34,447 nucleotides of DNA from a virus (lineage: Duplodnaviria > Caudoviricetes). The stretch spans positions 1 through 34,447 of the IMG/VR virus record IMGVR_UViG_3300019937_000005; one strand, given 5' to 3'. Positions 1 to 7,505 of this stretch are shown one piece after another (the stretch's first letter is position 1; every line of letters begins with the position of its first letter). The notes under the pieces were generated by a model, which was not told the DNA's origin, did no database searches, and saw nothing but the letters and a program-made list of their open reading frames with translations. The translations under genes and the position numbers were made by a program.

Positions 1-291
1 AACGCATCTGGCGGCAATCATGATCTCTTTGTATGGCGGGCGGTTAAAGCTTGAAATGCACAGCGATGCCCATCAATGGGTCGCGCATGTAATCGTTGGC
101 CCTAAACAGGAGCACAAAACCTCAAAGCTCTTGGACACAAAACACCTTTACACGGCGCAGCAGCGTGCAATTGGGTTTTACCGCCAGTTCAAAGCAGAGC
201 ATTTGCCCGATCGCTTGACATGCTGGACATGCAAGCAATGGTCTCCAAAAACCAATCGATGCCAAGTGGGCGTGCCTGAGTGCCGCCAAAC
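1..291 (+). repeat. Terminal direct repeat, copy 1
   Basis: Aligns ungapped to 34157-34447. The first 126 nt are identical, then 8 substitutions at 127,136,154,199,220,244,256,280. Confidence 0.97.
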
Positions 292-343
292 TGGGGGTAG
301 ATTTGCCCCGAATTGTGCGCTTTATCAGGGCTTGTCAGATTGA
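20..343 (+). CDS. Hypothetical protein with C-terminal Cys-rich putative Zn-binding region
   Basis: CWTC...C...C...C. All 8 differences from the copy at the far end are at third codon positions, supporting coding status. Confidence 0.85.
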   Translation: MISLYGGRLKLEMHSDAHQWVAHVIVGPKQEHKTSKLLDTKHLYTAQQRAIGFYRQFKAEHLPDRLTCWTCKQWSPKTNRCQVGVPECRQTGGRFAPNCALYQGLSD

Positions 344-470
344 GCCACGCCCCAATGGCTTATGGCGTATTTGCACACCAGGCGGTGGCATGTGCGTGGA
401 TTGCACAAGTCTGCGCAAAGCACAGGCGATAGCAGCAATTATCAATCCAACGGATCAGGCTTACCGTTAA
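315..470 (+). CDS. Small hypothetical protein (51 aa, GTG start; MRFIRACQIEPRPNGLWRICTPGGGMCVDC...)
   Basis: Hand-translated, below the ORF-track cutoff; overlaps the upstream gene end and converges on the late genes. Confidence 0.55.
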   Translation: MRFIRACQIEPRPNGLWRICTPGGGMCVDCTSLRKAQAIAAIINPTDQAYR

Positions 471-570
471 GGATTGCAATGGCCCTGCGATAGAACATGC
501 AATCGGTGCGGCCTGCTGCCTCTAGCGCTTGTTTAATTTTGCGCCAGTTCTCAAGTGTGTGTTTGTCCAT
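442..570 (-). CDS. Small conserved cyanophage-type protein (42 aa, MDKHTLENWRKIKQALEAAGRTDCMFYRRA...KPDPLD)
   Basis: Hand-translated; matches a small family I recall from cyanophages. Confidence 0.75.
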   Translation of the reverse strand: MDKHTLENWRKIKQALEAAGRTDCMFYRRAIAILNGKPDPLD

Positions 571-579
571 TGCTTCGTT

Positions 580-891
580 TTAGCTATCAATCCATTGCTC
601 TATCCATCGTTCACGCGATTCACGCCAAAATTCTTGGCCGCGGAACCATTGGCGCCATGGATGATGGGCTTTATGGCTATTGCATCCAAGGCAACAGGCC
701 ACCAAATTTTCACGCACTGTTAGGCCGCCTTTAGCTTTTGGTTGCACATGATCCAACGTTGCATCACGTTCACCAAGCATTCGACCGCAGTAAGCACAAC
801 ACCAACCCCAGTTCAAAAAGATTTGATCTCGAAAGCGGAGCTTATTTTGCTTCTTCGGAATCAGATGCGTTCCTTCTATCTGGTGTTCCAT
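580..891 (-). CDS. HNH endonuclease (CxxC-type)
   Basis: CAYCG...TLDHVQPKAKGG...NLVACCLGCNSHK; start placed at MEHQIEG. Confidence 0.9.
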   Translation of the reverse strand: MEHQIEGTHLIPKKQNKLRFRDQIFLNWGWCCAYCGRMLGERDATLDHVQPKAKGGLTVRENLVACCLGCNSHKAHHPWRQWFRGQEFWRESRERWIEQWIDS

Positions 892-1057
892 GCACATCCT
901 CCGGCAGCGCAAACGTTTCCACCTCTAGATCCATCAAATGGTCTAGAGATGGCAAAAACTCTGCAATGTGCGAATAGATGTCAGCGGGTAGCTCTTCTGG
1001 GTCTGTTTCAGATTGAAGCAAAAACTTAGCGTTTATCTCAACGACGTTCCAACGCAT
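842..1057 (-). CDS. Small acidic hypothetical protein
   Basis: ORF track; in line with and overlapping the HNH gene. Confidence 0.6.
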   Translation of the reverse strand: MRWNVVEINAKFLLQSETDPEELPADIYSHIAEFLPSLDHLMDLEVETFALPEDVHGTPDRRNASDSEEAK

Positions 1058-1096
1058 TAGGCTAAGCCTGCTAGCTATACGGTAGCGAGTCGAACA

Positions 1097-1294
1097 ATGT
1101 CAGAACCACCGCTTGATATTGAGCCAATGGAAGACGACATGCTTCGGGTAAGCCTCACGATGCATGGTGTTACATCACATTGCTTCGTGTCATCAATGCA
1201 CCTTGTTGAAGAAAAACGCGGTCAGCTCAAGGCCAGCATTATGCGCAAAGTCATGGCAAGCTATGACCCACAAGCACCTATAAACGATTGGTGA
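1097..1294 (+). CDS. Small hypothetical protein
   Basis: ATG start; CFVSSMHLVEEK motif recalled from cyanophage small genes. Confidence 0.7.
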   Translation: MSEPPLDIEPMEDDMLRVSLTMHGVTSHCFVSSMHLVEEKRGQLKASIMRKVMASYDPQAPINDW

Positions 1295-1440
1295 TCCGCA
1301 AGCTAACTGCAGGGCCATTCAAGACCCACCAAGCCGCAACCAAGTGGGCCGAGAAACGCGGTTATGACAATTACGATCTCACGCAATCAGGCTCTAAATA
1401 CCTGCTACACGTCTTCCAAAGCAACAGAGTTCTCCTTTAG
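1291..1440 (+). CDS. Small hypothetical protein (49 aa, MIRKLTAGPFKTHQAATKWAEKRGY...)
   Basis: Hand-translated; GTGA overlap with the upstream stop. Confidence 0.55.
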   Translation: MIRKLTAGPFKTHQAATKWAEKRGYDNYDLTQSGSKYLLHVFQSNRVLL

Positions 1441-1560
1441 CCATTCTTCGGCTTGCAAGCGAGTGCTAAAGGCTGCCTTTTTATTGCCAATCTTGCACGC
1501 CCAAAGGGGCATTCCTGGCAGCATCACTTTACGGATTGTTTGCTTATGCAGCTTGTTCAT
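1405..1560 (-). CDS. Small hypothetical protein (51 aa, MNKLHKQTIRKVMLPGMPLW...)
   Basis: Hand-translated; start overlaps the end of dcd. Confidence 0.5.
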   Translation of the reverse strand: MNKLHKQTIRKVMLPGMPLWACKIGNKKAAFSTRLQAEEWLKENSVALEDV

Positions 1561-2071
1561 CTTTGCAGCCCATCACAGTGACATCTCCGTTGTAGCGACC
1601 AGTCATTGAATAATCTTGCAACGGCTTGGCATGACGGAAAAACACCATTTGCCCGATTTTCAAATTCGGGTAGAGAGGCAAACTCCAGTGACGCCGTGCA
1701 TTGACCAATTCAAGCGTTAGTTTGCTGCCATTCCAGCCTGCATCACACCAACCTGCCAAAAGGTTTTCGTATCCTTCTCGTGCGCGACTCGACTTGAGAA
1801 CAAATTGCGCTGATACCGTGCTTGGCAAGTTGAAGGTCTCAAACGTTTCAGCCAAGCAAAACTCACCAGGCAGCAGCATGTATGGGTCATCTTCAGTGCG
1901 AGTTGAAATATCAATTTGTATCAATTCTTTGCTGTCCATTACCTCAATCATTAGATGATGGCCAAGCACAACATCAATGCTGACCGGATTAAGCAGATCT
2001 GGCCTAAATGGCCACACCATTTGGCTGGCTTCACATAGCTCGCGGATCTGCCAATCACATAAAACGGTCAT
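1544..2071 (-). CDS. dcd: dCTP deaminase (trimeric dUTPase superfamily)
   Basis: LNPVSIDV, KSSRAREG, AGWCDAGWNGSKLTLEL and KIGQMVF motifs. Confidence 0.92.
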   Translation of the reverse strand: MTVLCDWQIRELCEASQMVWPFRPDLLNPVSIDVVLGHHLMIEVMDSKELIQIDISTRTEDDPYMLLPGEFCLAETFETFNLPSTVSAQFVLKSSRAREGYENLLAGWCDAGWNGSKLTLELVNARRHWSLPLYPNLKIGQMVFFRHAKPLQDYSMTGRYNGDVTVMGCKDEQAA

Positions 2072-2802
2072 TCGGTGATAAACTCCTTTGCTTTTTTGTA
2101 ATAGTGGATCCTATCGCTGATGCCGTTGTACCCGCCATTAAGGATTTTGGTTGATTGATGAATGTCACGGGTTTCGCAGACCGCTGCCCAGTTGTTTTCC
2201 TCAATCCAGCAGACAGCGCAAAGGAATGGATACTTTGTCACCACGTAGTCTGTGCCTTCCATAATGCGATCATCAGCCATGCCGTTGACGCGCATCCAAT
2301 TGTTAAAGCGATTGAAGTTATACCGGCCGGTTAGTTGAATTACTCCGCACCCGCGGAACCTATATCCGTCGCCTGGTTGCGTGTTGCCAAGATCGCTACG
2401 ACCTTCATAAATCCGCGTGAAATATGCAACATCCCCAACTTCTGTCATATATCGATACCCTGCAGTTTCATGGCATGTCTGCGCTACCAGCATTCGCCGT
2501 TGCGTCAAACTTGTCATCCCAGTTGCCAGCACTAAACGGTTCAAATCCTCCATAAACGCATCGTCAAACAGCGCTTCGTTGTGCCCTGAGATCTGCGCAA
2601 TCTGACGACGAGTAATCAGCCATTCCACGCCCTTGGCTGGAACTGCACTGCACCACGTTTGATACCAATCACGATCACGACGCATCAAATCTGGCGCACG
2701 GTTTTCAAGCAACTCGCCAAGCTGCACAATCGCAGCTCGCTGGTGGCCTAAATCTCTCCAATAGCGAAACAGATCAATCAGTTGAATCGGTTTGTCGTTC
2801 AT
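2068..2802 (-). CDS. Endolysin, glycoside hydrolase family 19 (chitinase-like)
   Basis: AQTCHET, YEGRSDLGNTQPGDGYRFRGCGVIQLTGRYN and LNGGYNGISDR motifs; start at MNDKP with GGAG upstream. Confidence 0.9.
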   Translation of the reverse strand: MNDKPIQLIDLFRYWRDLGHQRAAIVQLGELLENRAPDLMRRDRDWYQTWCSAVPAKGVEWLITRRQIAQISGHNEALFDDAFMEDLNRLVLATGMTSLTQRRMLVAQTCHETAGYRYMTEVGDVAYFTRIYEGRSDLGNTQPGDGYRFRGCGVIQLTGRYNFNRFNNWMRVNGMADDRIMEGTDYVVTKYPFLCAVCWIEENNWAAVCETRDIHQSTKILNGGYNGISDRIHYYKKAKEFITE

Positions 2803-3043
2803 TGCTCCAAGGGGCATGAATACTGATCGGGCCACCTAATGGACCATCGCCTGGTGTTTCACGGCGAATCGGTTGCGGCTTGTCATCTGGCGCTGTTGCT
2901 TTCCAAATCTCAACAGCGTTGTCAATTTTGCGGCTTAGCGTTGCATAAAACTTGCGCGCTGCAATAGCACGCTGCATACGCTCCCAGTTTGACCGCGTAT
3001 CAAACCGCCAAATCCATTTAGCGTCTGGCGGTGTGTTGATTAC
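2774..3043 (-). CDS. -1 frame extension (89 aa) of the holin-like gene, or a separate short ORF from ATG 2977
   Basis: Frame is open from the slippery site to 2774 (VINTPPDAKWIWRFDTRS...). Confidence 0.65.
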   Translation of the reverse strand, partial: VINTPPDAKWIWRFDTRSNWERMQRAIAARKFYATLSRKIDNAVEIWKATAPDDKPQPIRRETPGDGPLGGPISIHAPWSNERQTDSTD

Positions 3044-3049
3044 TTTTTT
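2999..3049 (-). other. Predicted programmed -1 ribosomal frameshift signal in lysis module
   Basis: A_AAA_AAG (3049-3043) immediately before TAA; 3' stem ACCGCCA/TGGCGGT (3032-3026/3010-3004), extendable by ATCAA/TTGAT. Confidence 0.7.
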
Positions 3050-3180
3050 GGCTTTACGGCATAAACCGCTTGGAGGATCAGCTGAATTACGCTGTTCGAC
3101 TTCAGCGGAGTCAATGCGATGATTTCGCTTGCAGCTGCAATCACAATCCAAGTGATCGGGTTGCTGATGATGTCTTGCAT
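3040..3180 (-). CDS. Holin-like small membrane protein (46 aa, MQDIISNPITWIVIAAASEIIALTPLKSNSVIQLILQAVYAVKPKK)
   Basis: Hand-translated; hydrophobic with a basic C-terminus, just upstream of the endolysin. Confidence 0.75.
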   Translation of the reverse strand: MQDIISNPITWIVIAAASEIIALTPLKSNSVIQLILQAVYAVKPKK

Positions 3181-3204
3181 AATGCGGAAGCAATCACGCC
3201 TAGC

Positions 3205-3402
3205 TTAGTTCGATTGCTCCAGCGCTCTCAACCTTTTTTCGTGATCGTCTAGGCGTTCTTTATGATCACTGCGCAATGCTGTGATCTGTTCAAGTACAAG
3301 CGTAATGCGTGCATCCATTACGCTGCTGCGCTTATCAAGGCGCCAAAGGGCACCGACACCAGCCGAAATTATTACAGTCGCAATGCCGGAGAAAACATCC
3401 AC
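3205..3402 (-). CDS. Small N-terminal TM + coiled-coil protein (lysis module)
   Basis: TM segment SGIATVIISAGVGALW followed by RLDDHEKRLRALE. Confidence 0.75.
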   Translation of the reverse strand: MDVFSGIATVIISAGVGALWRLDKRSSVMDARITLVLEQITALRSDHKERLDDHEKRLRALEQSN

Positions 3403-3431
3403 GCGGCAGATCTCCGGGAGCTGTTTTTAGT

Positions 3432-3566
3432 TTATCGGCCTTGACCGCGTGGCAATTTGCGCTTGCCACGTGGCCGGCTATTAGTGCCGTGCCCTTGACG
3501 TGTGCGCTTTGGTTTGCCTGGCCTGAACTCAACACGACTCAAGCCAGTGCGTGATTTAGCAGGCAT
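3432..3566 (-). CDS. Small highly basic protein (44 aa, MPAKSRTG...PGKPKRTRQG...RGQGR)
   Basis: Hand-translated; KxTRQG...RGQG motif recalled from cyanophages. Confidence 0.75.
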   Translation of the reverse strand: MPAKSRTGLSRVEFRPGKPKRTRQGHGTNSRPRGKRKLPRGQGR

Positions 3567-3568
3567 GA

Positions 3569-4141
3569 TCAGATTGCAATGCCGCTACTGGTCGCACCAC
3601 CGATAAATTCGACGGTGTCATCCTCAACAATTGGCTCTTCCACAACTGGCTCTTCTGATGCTTCAGGTACTGGATCGAACGGACCACGCGGCCAGGGGAA
3701 CATGCCGCCAAAATCGCTGGTAATTACAGCGGCAAGTTCAAAGGTGTCAGAAGTGCCTTTAATCATTACTTCGCGGTTGTCCGATTGCGTGCGGACAGTG
3801 GCGCGATAAGTCAGAACTTCCTGCGGTACTTCCTTGCCAGTCTCATCCTTGCGGATGATGTACCAGTCATGAGGCGTCAGTAACGATCCGGCGGTTTGCT
3901 TTGTGTTGCCGGTCCACAGCTCAACGAGTTGCGCGTGATCCTTAGGAATCAGGTTGCCGTCAGCGTCATAACCCCAGTAAAAACGTTGGTCGTATGACGG
4001 CGGTGGTGCGACCCAGATAATGCCAATCGCGTCGCGTTGTTCTTGCGTGCTTAGACGCAACCAATTGGCTGGATACTGGATGCCGTCATGCGTAAACGCA
4101 CGGTCCAGGGACAGGTTTTTGCCGTCGAGCTGGTAAGGCAT
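3569..4141 (-). CDS. Tail fibre-associated/assembly protein
   Basis: QYPANWLRLS, YDQRFYWG and DWYIIRK...YRATVRT motifs; directly follows the fibre gene; start at MPYQLDG. Confidence 0.75.
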   Translation of the reverse strand: MPYQLDGKNLSLDRAFTHDGIQYPANWLRLSTQEQRDAIGIIWVAPPPSYDQRFYWGYDADGNLIPKDHAQLVELWTGNTKQTAGSLLTPHDWYIIRKDETGKEVPQEVLTYRATVRTQSDNREVMIKGTSDTFELAAVITSDFGGMFPWPRGPFDPVPEASEEPVVEEPIVEDDTVEFIGGATSSGIAI

Positions 4142-4182
4142 TGGATCAAAGCATTGGTTCAAGTCTACGCGCACTTGCCAGA

Positions 4183-6999
4183 TCAGCGAGCGCGAGCGTA
4201 TTTGAAGGGGTTTTCACTGAAACAGGCGTAGAGGTACGTATAGCCAGATCCGTTAACTGATAATTCATTGCCGCGGAGTTTAAATCCGTTTGACAAGAAA
4301 TCAGTATATCTTGAAGTGCTTCCAGTTTGCTCGCCGATGGTCTGGTCTGCATAAAGATTTGGATCATTTGGGTTGTAAGTGCCGCGTGAGGAATCTTTCA
4401 TCACCCAGCTTTCGCCGGCATAGTCGGTCACTTTTATAAGTAACCATGCCGGCCTAAACCCGGTATAAACAAACGGACCATCAGCAGAACCGTTGCCGGT
4501 GTACGAACCAAACGCGCTATAGCCTTCGACAGGTGCAAAGCAGTAGGCAATTAGATTATTTCCATTTGAATTTACACCTAAAGTTCCAGCACCAAGCGAA
4601 AACACTAAGCTAGTTGGTCGGGTGTCATTCCAAGCGTTGTAGTCAGCCTTATTATCAGTTCTATTTAAAATCAGGGATTCGTCTGCGCCTATGCTGATGT
4701 GATTTACCTGCCAGTTGTAAGCAAAGTCTCGATCCTTGACAATTATCATGTTCGGTGCCGCATTTAGACCATGAGCAACTGTTGTACCGGTAGAACTTCC
4801 CGTATAACTAACAATCGAGAACCCAGCAGACGGATTAGCACGGACGGTTGAAGCGATTGATGGAACGTTGGTAGGTGTTACGCCGGAGTCAACAAGCAAT
4901 TTACCATTTAATCTCCATCCGCCAACAGCGACTTTAGTTCCAGTTCTTACAAGATCAACGCTAGTAATTGTTGAAGCGTTTGCTGCAAAGGTAACCCATG
5001 CTGCAGTAGTTGCAGTTGGGCTTGAAATAGCCGAACCATTTACTCCAATACTGTATGTTGATGGGTTTCCATGTAAGTAAACCTCTAAAGTTCCAGAGCT
5101 TAGACTTGTAAAAGCATACGTCTGAGTGGCATTATCTGTTGTTTGCCAAAACGTGCTAATAGTATCATCAAAAGCGTCAGCAGAAGTAGTGCTGTTGAAG
5201 TTAGAACCATCAGTAGATGCACCAGTGCTCCAAGTTTGACTCTGATCGTAAACACTGCTATTCAGACTGCCAGCAGTAACAGAAGTGTCTGACGTTCCAG
5301 CGTCCCAGGTCCAGGCGACGTAGGTTTGAGTGCCATTTGTGCTACCTATGGCGCTTGATTCGGTGCCTAAAGTAAAACCATTGCTGTCAAACGATTGTGG
5401 GCCAGCGCCTGCAGAATTAGTGCTTTCGGCGTTAGTGGTATTGCTTTGGAGTTGCTTGCTAATTCCTCGAACAGAATCGACTAATGCATGTGAACCGGCA
5501 TATGATCTAGCCTTGAACCAGATAAAATCTGGTTGGAAAGCGAGCGAGGTTATTGATTGTGCGCTGTTAGTACCCGTGTAGGTAACAGCATCCATCGCCG
5601 TCGAACCATCGGCAATCGTTGGATCAGGTAGGTTTGCTGTGTTCAGTGCCTTGAATCCACTTGGTGCGGCATAAGCAAAGGCGCGTTGACCGAAGTTGGC
5701 AACAAGGGTGCTTACGTTGCCGTTGTTTGAATCTGAAACAACAGGGAAGAATTCACCGCTAAGAGAACTAAAAGCTACTCCTTGAGAGGAATTGTTTTTA
5801 TAAAAGACCAATGTGCCGGCATCTAAATCTAGAGCCACGCCTATAACATCATTAGTTGTGTACGACACACCATAAGATGCGTAGGAGTTGTTATTACCTT
5901 TTAATGCTGAGCTGACATATGAATAACCGGAAGCATATACCCCAACAGCAGAAGTAAGTGTAGCCCCAGCTTTTGCGATTCCTATTTCAGCAGCGCCAGC
6001 GGTTGCTGTTGGTGTAATTTCCCAGTACCACCTACCAGATGAGACACCGATTGTGCCATACGTCAATCCGTAGCCTATTCCAGGAGTTGTGACATCAAGG
6101 TTTCCATTTGCAAGCGATGTTGCTCCATTATTGAGAGGATTCCAAGTGCAGTAGTTCCCGCTGACTTCTCCGCCCGCACCAGTGTCGGTTTGTGTGCCGT
6201 TGGTTGGAAAGTCGAAGAGCGAGTCGTTGCCAGCACCAGCAGCGACAGAGATGTTATTAACCGTCCAAGTATTGCTGTTGCCGCTTGAATCAGTACCTAG
6301 TGCGGCAGCAGAGCTGTTGTTGGAGAAATTTAGCTTAAACCCGTTGGTGCCATACGTTCCAGTGTATTCAATCGGTTGCCATACACCGTTAGCATCAAAC
6401 TCACCGAAGTCAGTCGGAGCAAGGGCTTGACCGTCGATGAAGTGAACGTCGGCTAGGTAGCCGTCGAAATAATCGCCACTTGATTGCCTGCCAATTTGAT
6501 GTAGCTGAGCTGCATTGATAGCTGTGCTGTCGGTGGTATTTGGGTACGCAGCAGTCGAGAAAGTGATTACCCTTGATCCGTTGACATACAGTCTTAGACG
6601 ATCTGTGCTCGTTGCGTTCTGCAAATCAACGACACAAACGATATGCATCCAAGCACTGGGATCTCTAAATACTTGCGAAGTCGCCAGATAGCCCGTCCAG
6701 CTTGACCCATTGTGAAAAACGAACCAATCAATGGTGTCAGACGATCTAAACCTAATGTATTCAGTACCTAATCCTGGCGAAATAGATGCTGAACTTAGGC
6801 CAAAAATAGAGTCAATACCAAGCTTTCCCCTCTTCACCCACCCCGCCCAAGTCCATGTCTTGCGATTACCTGCAGACGACGGTGTTCTGTTCAAATATGC
6901 ACTATCTGCACTGTTAAACCTAAGGCTACGTTCATTTGCGTAACCAGCGGCGGCTTGACCAGACGCACCAGCCAGGGCATTAGAACCAATAACGCTCAT
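4183..6999 (-). CDS. Tail fibre / receptor-binding protein (LamG-like + SPRY + three YTG-type repeats)
   Basis: SLRFN..., WMHIVCVVD...LYVNG (LamG-like); GRWYWEI...DVIGVALDLDAGTLVFYKN (SPRY); repeated YTG...P.(F/M/W)..K units. Confidence 0.85.
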   Translation of the reverse strand: MSVIGSNALAGASGQAAAGYANERSLRFNSADSAYLNRTPSSAGNRKTWTWAGWVKRGKLGIDSIFGLSSASISPGLGTEYIRFRSSDTIDWFVFHNGSSWTGYLATSQVFRDPSAWMHIVCVVDLQNATSTDRLRLYVNGSRVITFSTAAYPNTTDSTAINAAQLHQIGRQSSGDYFDGYLADVHFIDGQALAPTDFGEFDANGVWQPIEYTGTYGTNGFKLNFSNNSSAAALGTDSSGNSNTWTVNNISVAAGAGNDSLFDFPTNGTQTDTGAGGEVSGNYCTWNPLNNGATSLANGNLDVTTPGIGYGLTYGTIGVSSGRWYWEITPTATAGAAEIGIAKAGATLTSAVGVYASGYSYVSSALKGNNNSYASYGVSYTTNDVIGVALDLDAGTLVFYKNNSSQGVAFSSLSGEFFPVVSDSNNGNVSTLVANFGQRAFAYAAPSGFKALNTANLPDPTIADGSTAMDAVTYTGTNSAQSITSLAFQPDFIWFKARSYAGSHALVDSVRGISKQLQSNTTNAESTNSAGAGPQSFDSNGFTLGTESSAIGSTNGTQTYVAWTWDAGTSDTSVTAGSLNSSVYDQSQTWSTGASTDGSNFNSTTSADAFDDTISTFWQTTDNATQTYAFTSLSSGTLEVYLHGNPSTYSIGVNGSAISSPTATTAAWVTFAANASTITSVDLVRTGTKVAVGGWRLNGKLLVDSGVTPTNVPSIASTVRANPSAGFSIVSYTGSSTGTTVAHGLNAAPNMIIVKDRDFAYNWQVNHISIGADESLILNRTDNKADYNAWNDTRPTSLVFSLGAGTLGVNSNGNNLIAYCFAPVEGYSAFGSYTGNGSADGPFVYTGFRPAWLLIKVTDYAGESWVMKDSSRGTYNPNDPNLYADQTIGEQTGSTSRYTDFLSNGFKLRGNELSVNGSGYTYLYACFSENPFKYARAR

Positions 7000-7505
7000 G
7001 AGTAATTAGCTGTGAAGACTGCGTGAATGGATGTTGCGCCACGAACAATGTAGTCAATACGATCAACAGCGCTCGCTGCTGTGCTCAAAGTTGGGGCCGT
7101 ACCACCCGCAAAATCGTAATAGCTGCCATAAGCCAAAGTACGGCTGCCGGTGGCATCCTGAACAATAAAGATTGAACCACTTTGACCAGCAACAATGTTT
7201 GTTGGATTGTCCAGCGTGCGATTACCAGCAAGCGTCACCGTAAAATTATTCGATGCGGCTAGATCGACGCTGATATTCACACCATCAGTCAGCGTTGTGA
7301 TTTCACCCCGCTGACCTGCTGTAAAGGTCTGGGCAGTACCTAATCCTGGTTGCTCAACTAATGCAGCGCTTTCAACAACGTAAAGTTTATCTTCATCTGT
7401 TGCGTAACAAATTTCACCCTCTTGCAGATCGGAAATGCTGCTGTTGAGGTTGCTATAGGTGCCGCGAGCAACACGTACGGGCGTTCTAGTTGATGGTGTT
7501 GGCAT
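6996..7505 (-). CDS. Minor tail fibre protein
   Basis: N-terminal RG...LQEGEICYATD; C-terminal GQSGSIFIVQDATGSRTL...PTLSTAASAVD fibre-tip motif. Confidence 0.75.
   Translation of the reverse strand: MPTPSTRTPVRVARGTYSNLNSSISDLQEGEICYATDEDKLYVVESAALVEQPGLGTAQTFTAGQRGEITTLTDGVNISVDLAASNNFTVTLAGNRTLDNPTNIVAGQSGSIFIVQDATGSRTLAYGSYYDFAGGTAPTLSTAASAVDRIDYIVRGATSIHAVFTANYS

Noticed and set aside
341-470. Possible TGA readthrough or frameshift after ORF 20-343
   Set aside because: On recount the downstream coding stretch is an intact separate ORF, 315-470, in another frame.
3044-3193. N-terminal 50 aa of the listed 139-aa ORF 2774-3193
   Set aside because: It overlaps the better-supported 46-aa holin-like frame; only the part downstream of the slippery site looks coding.
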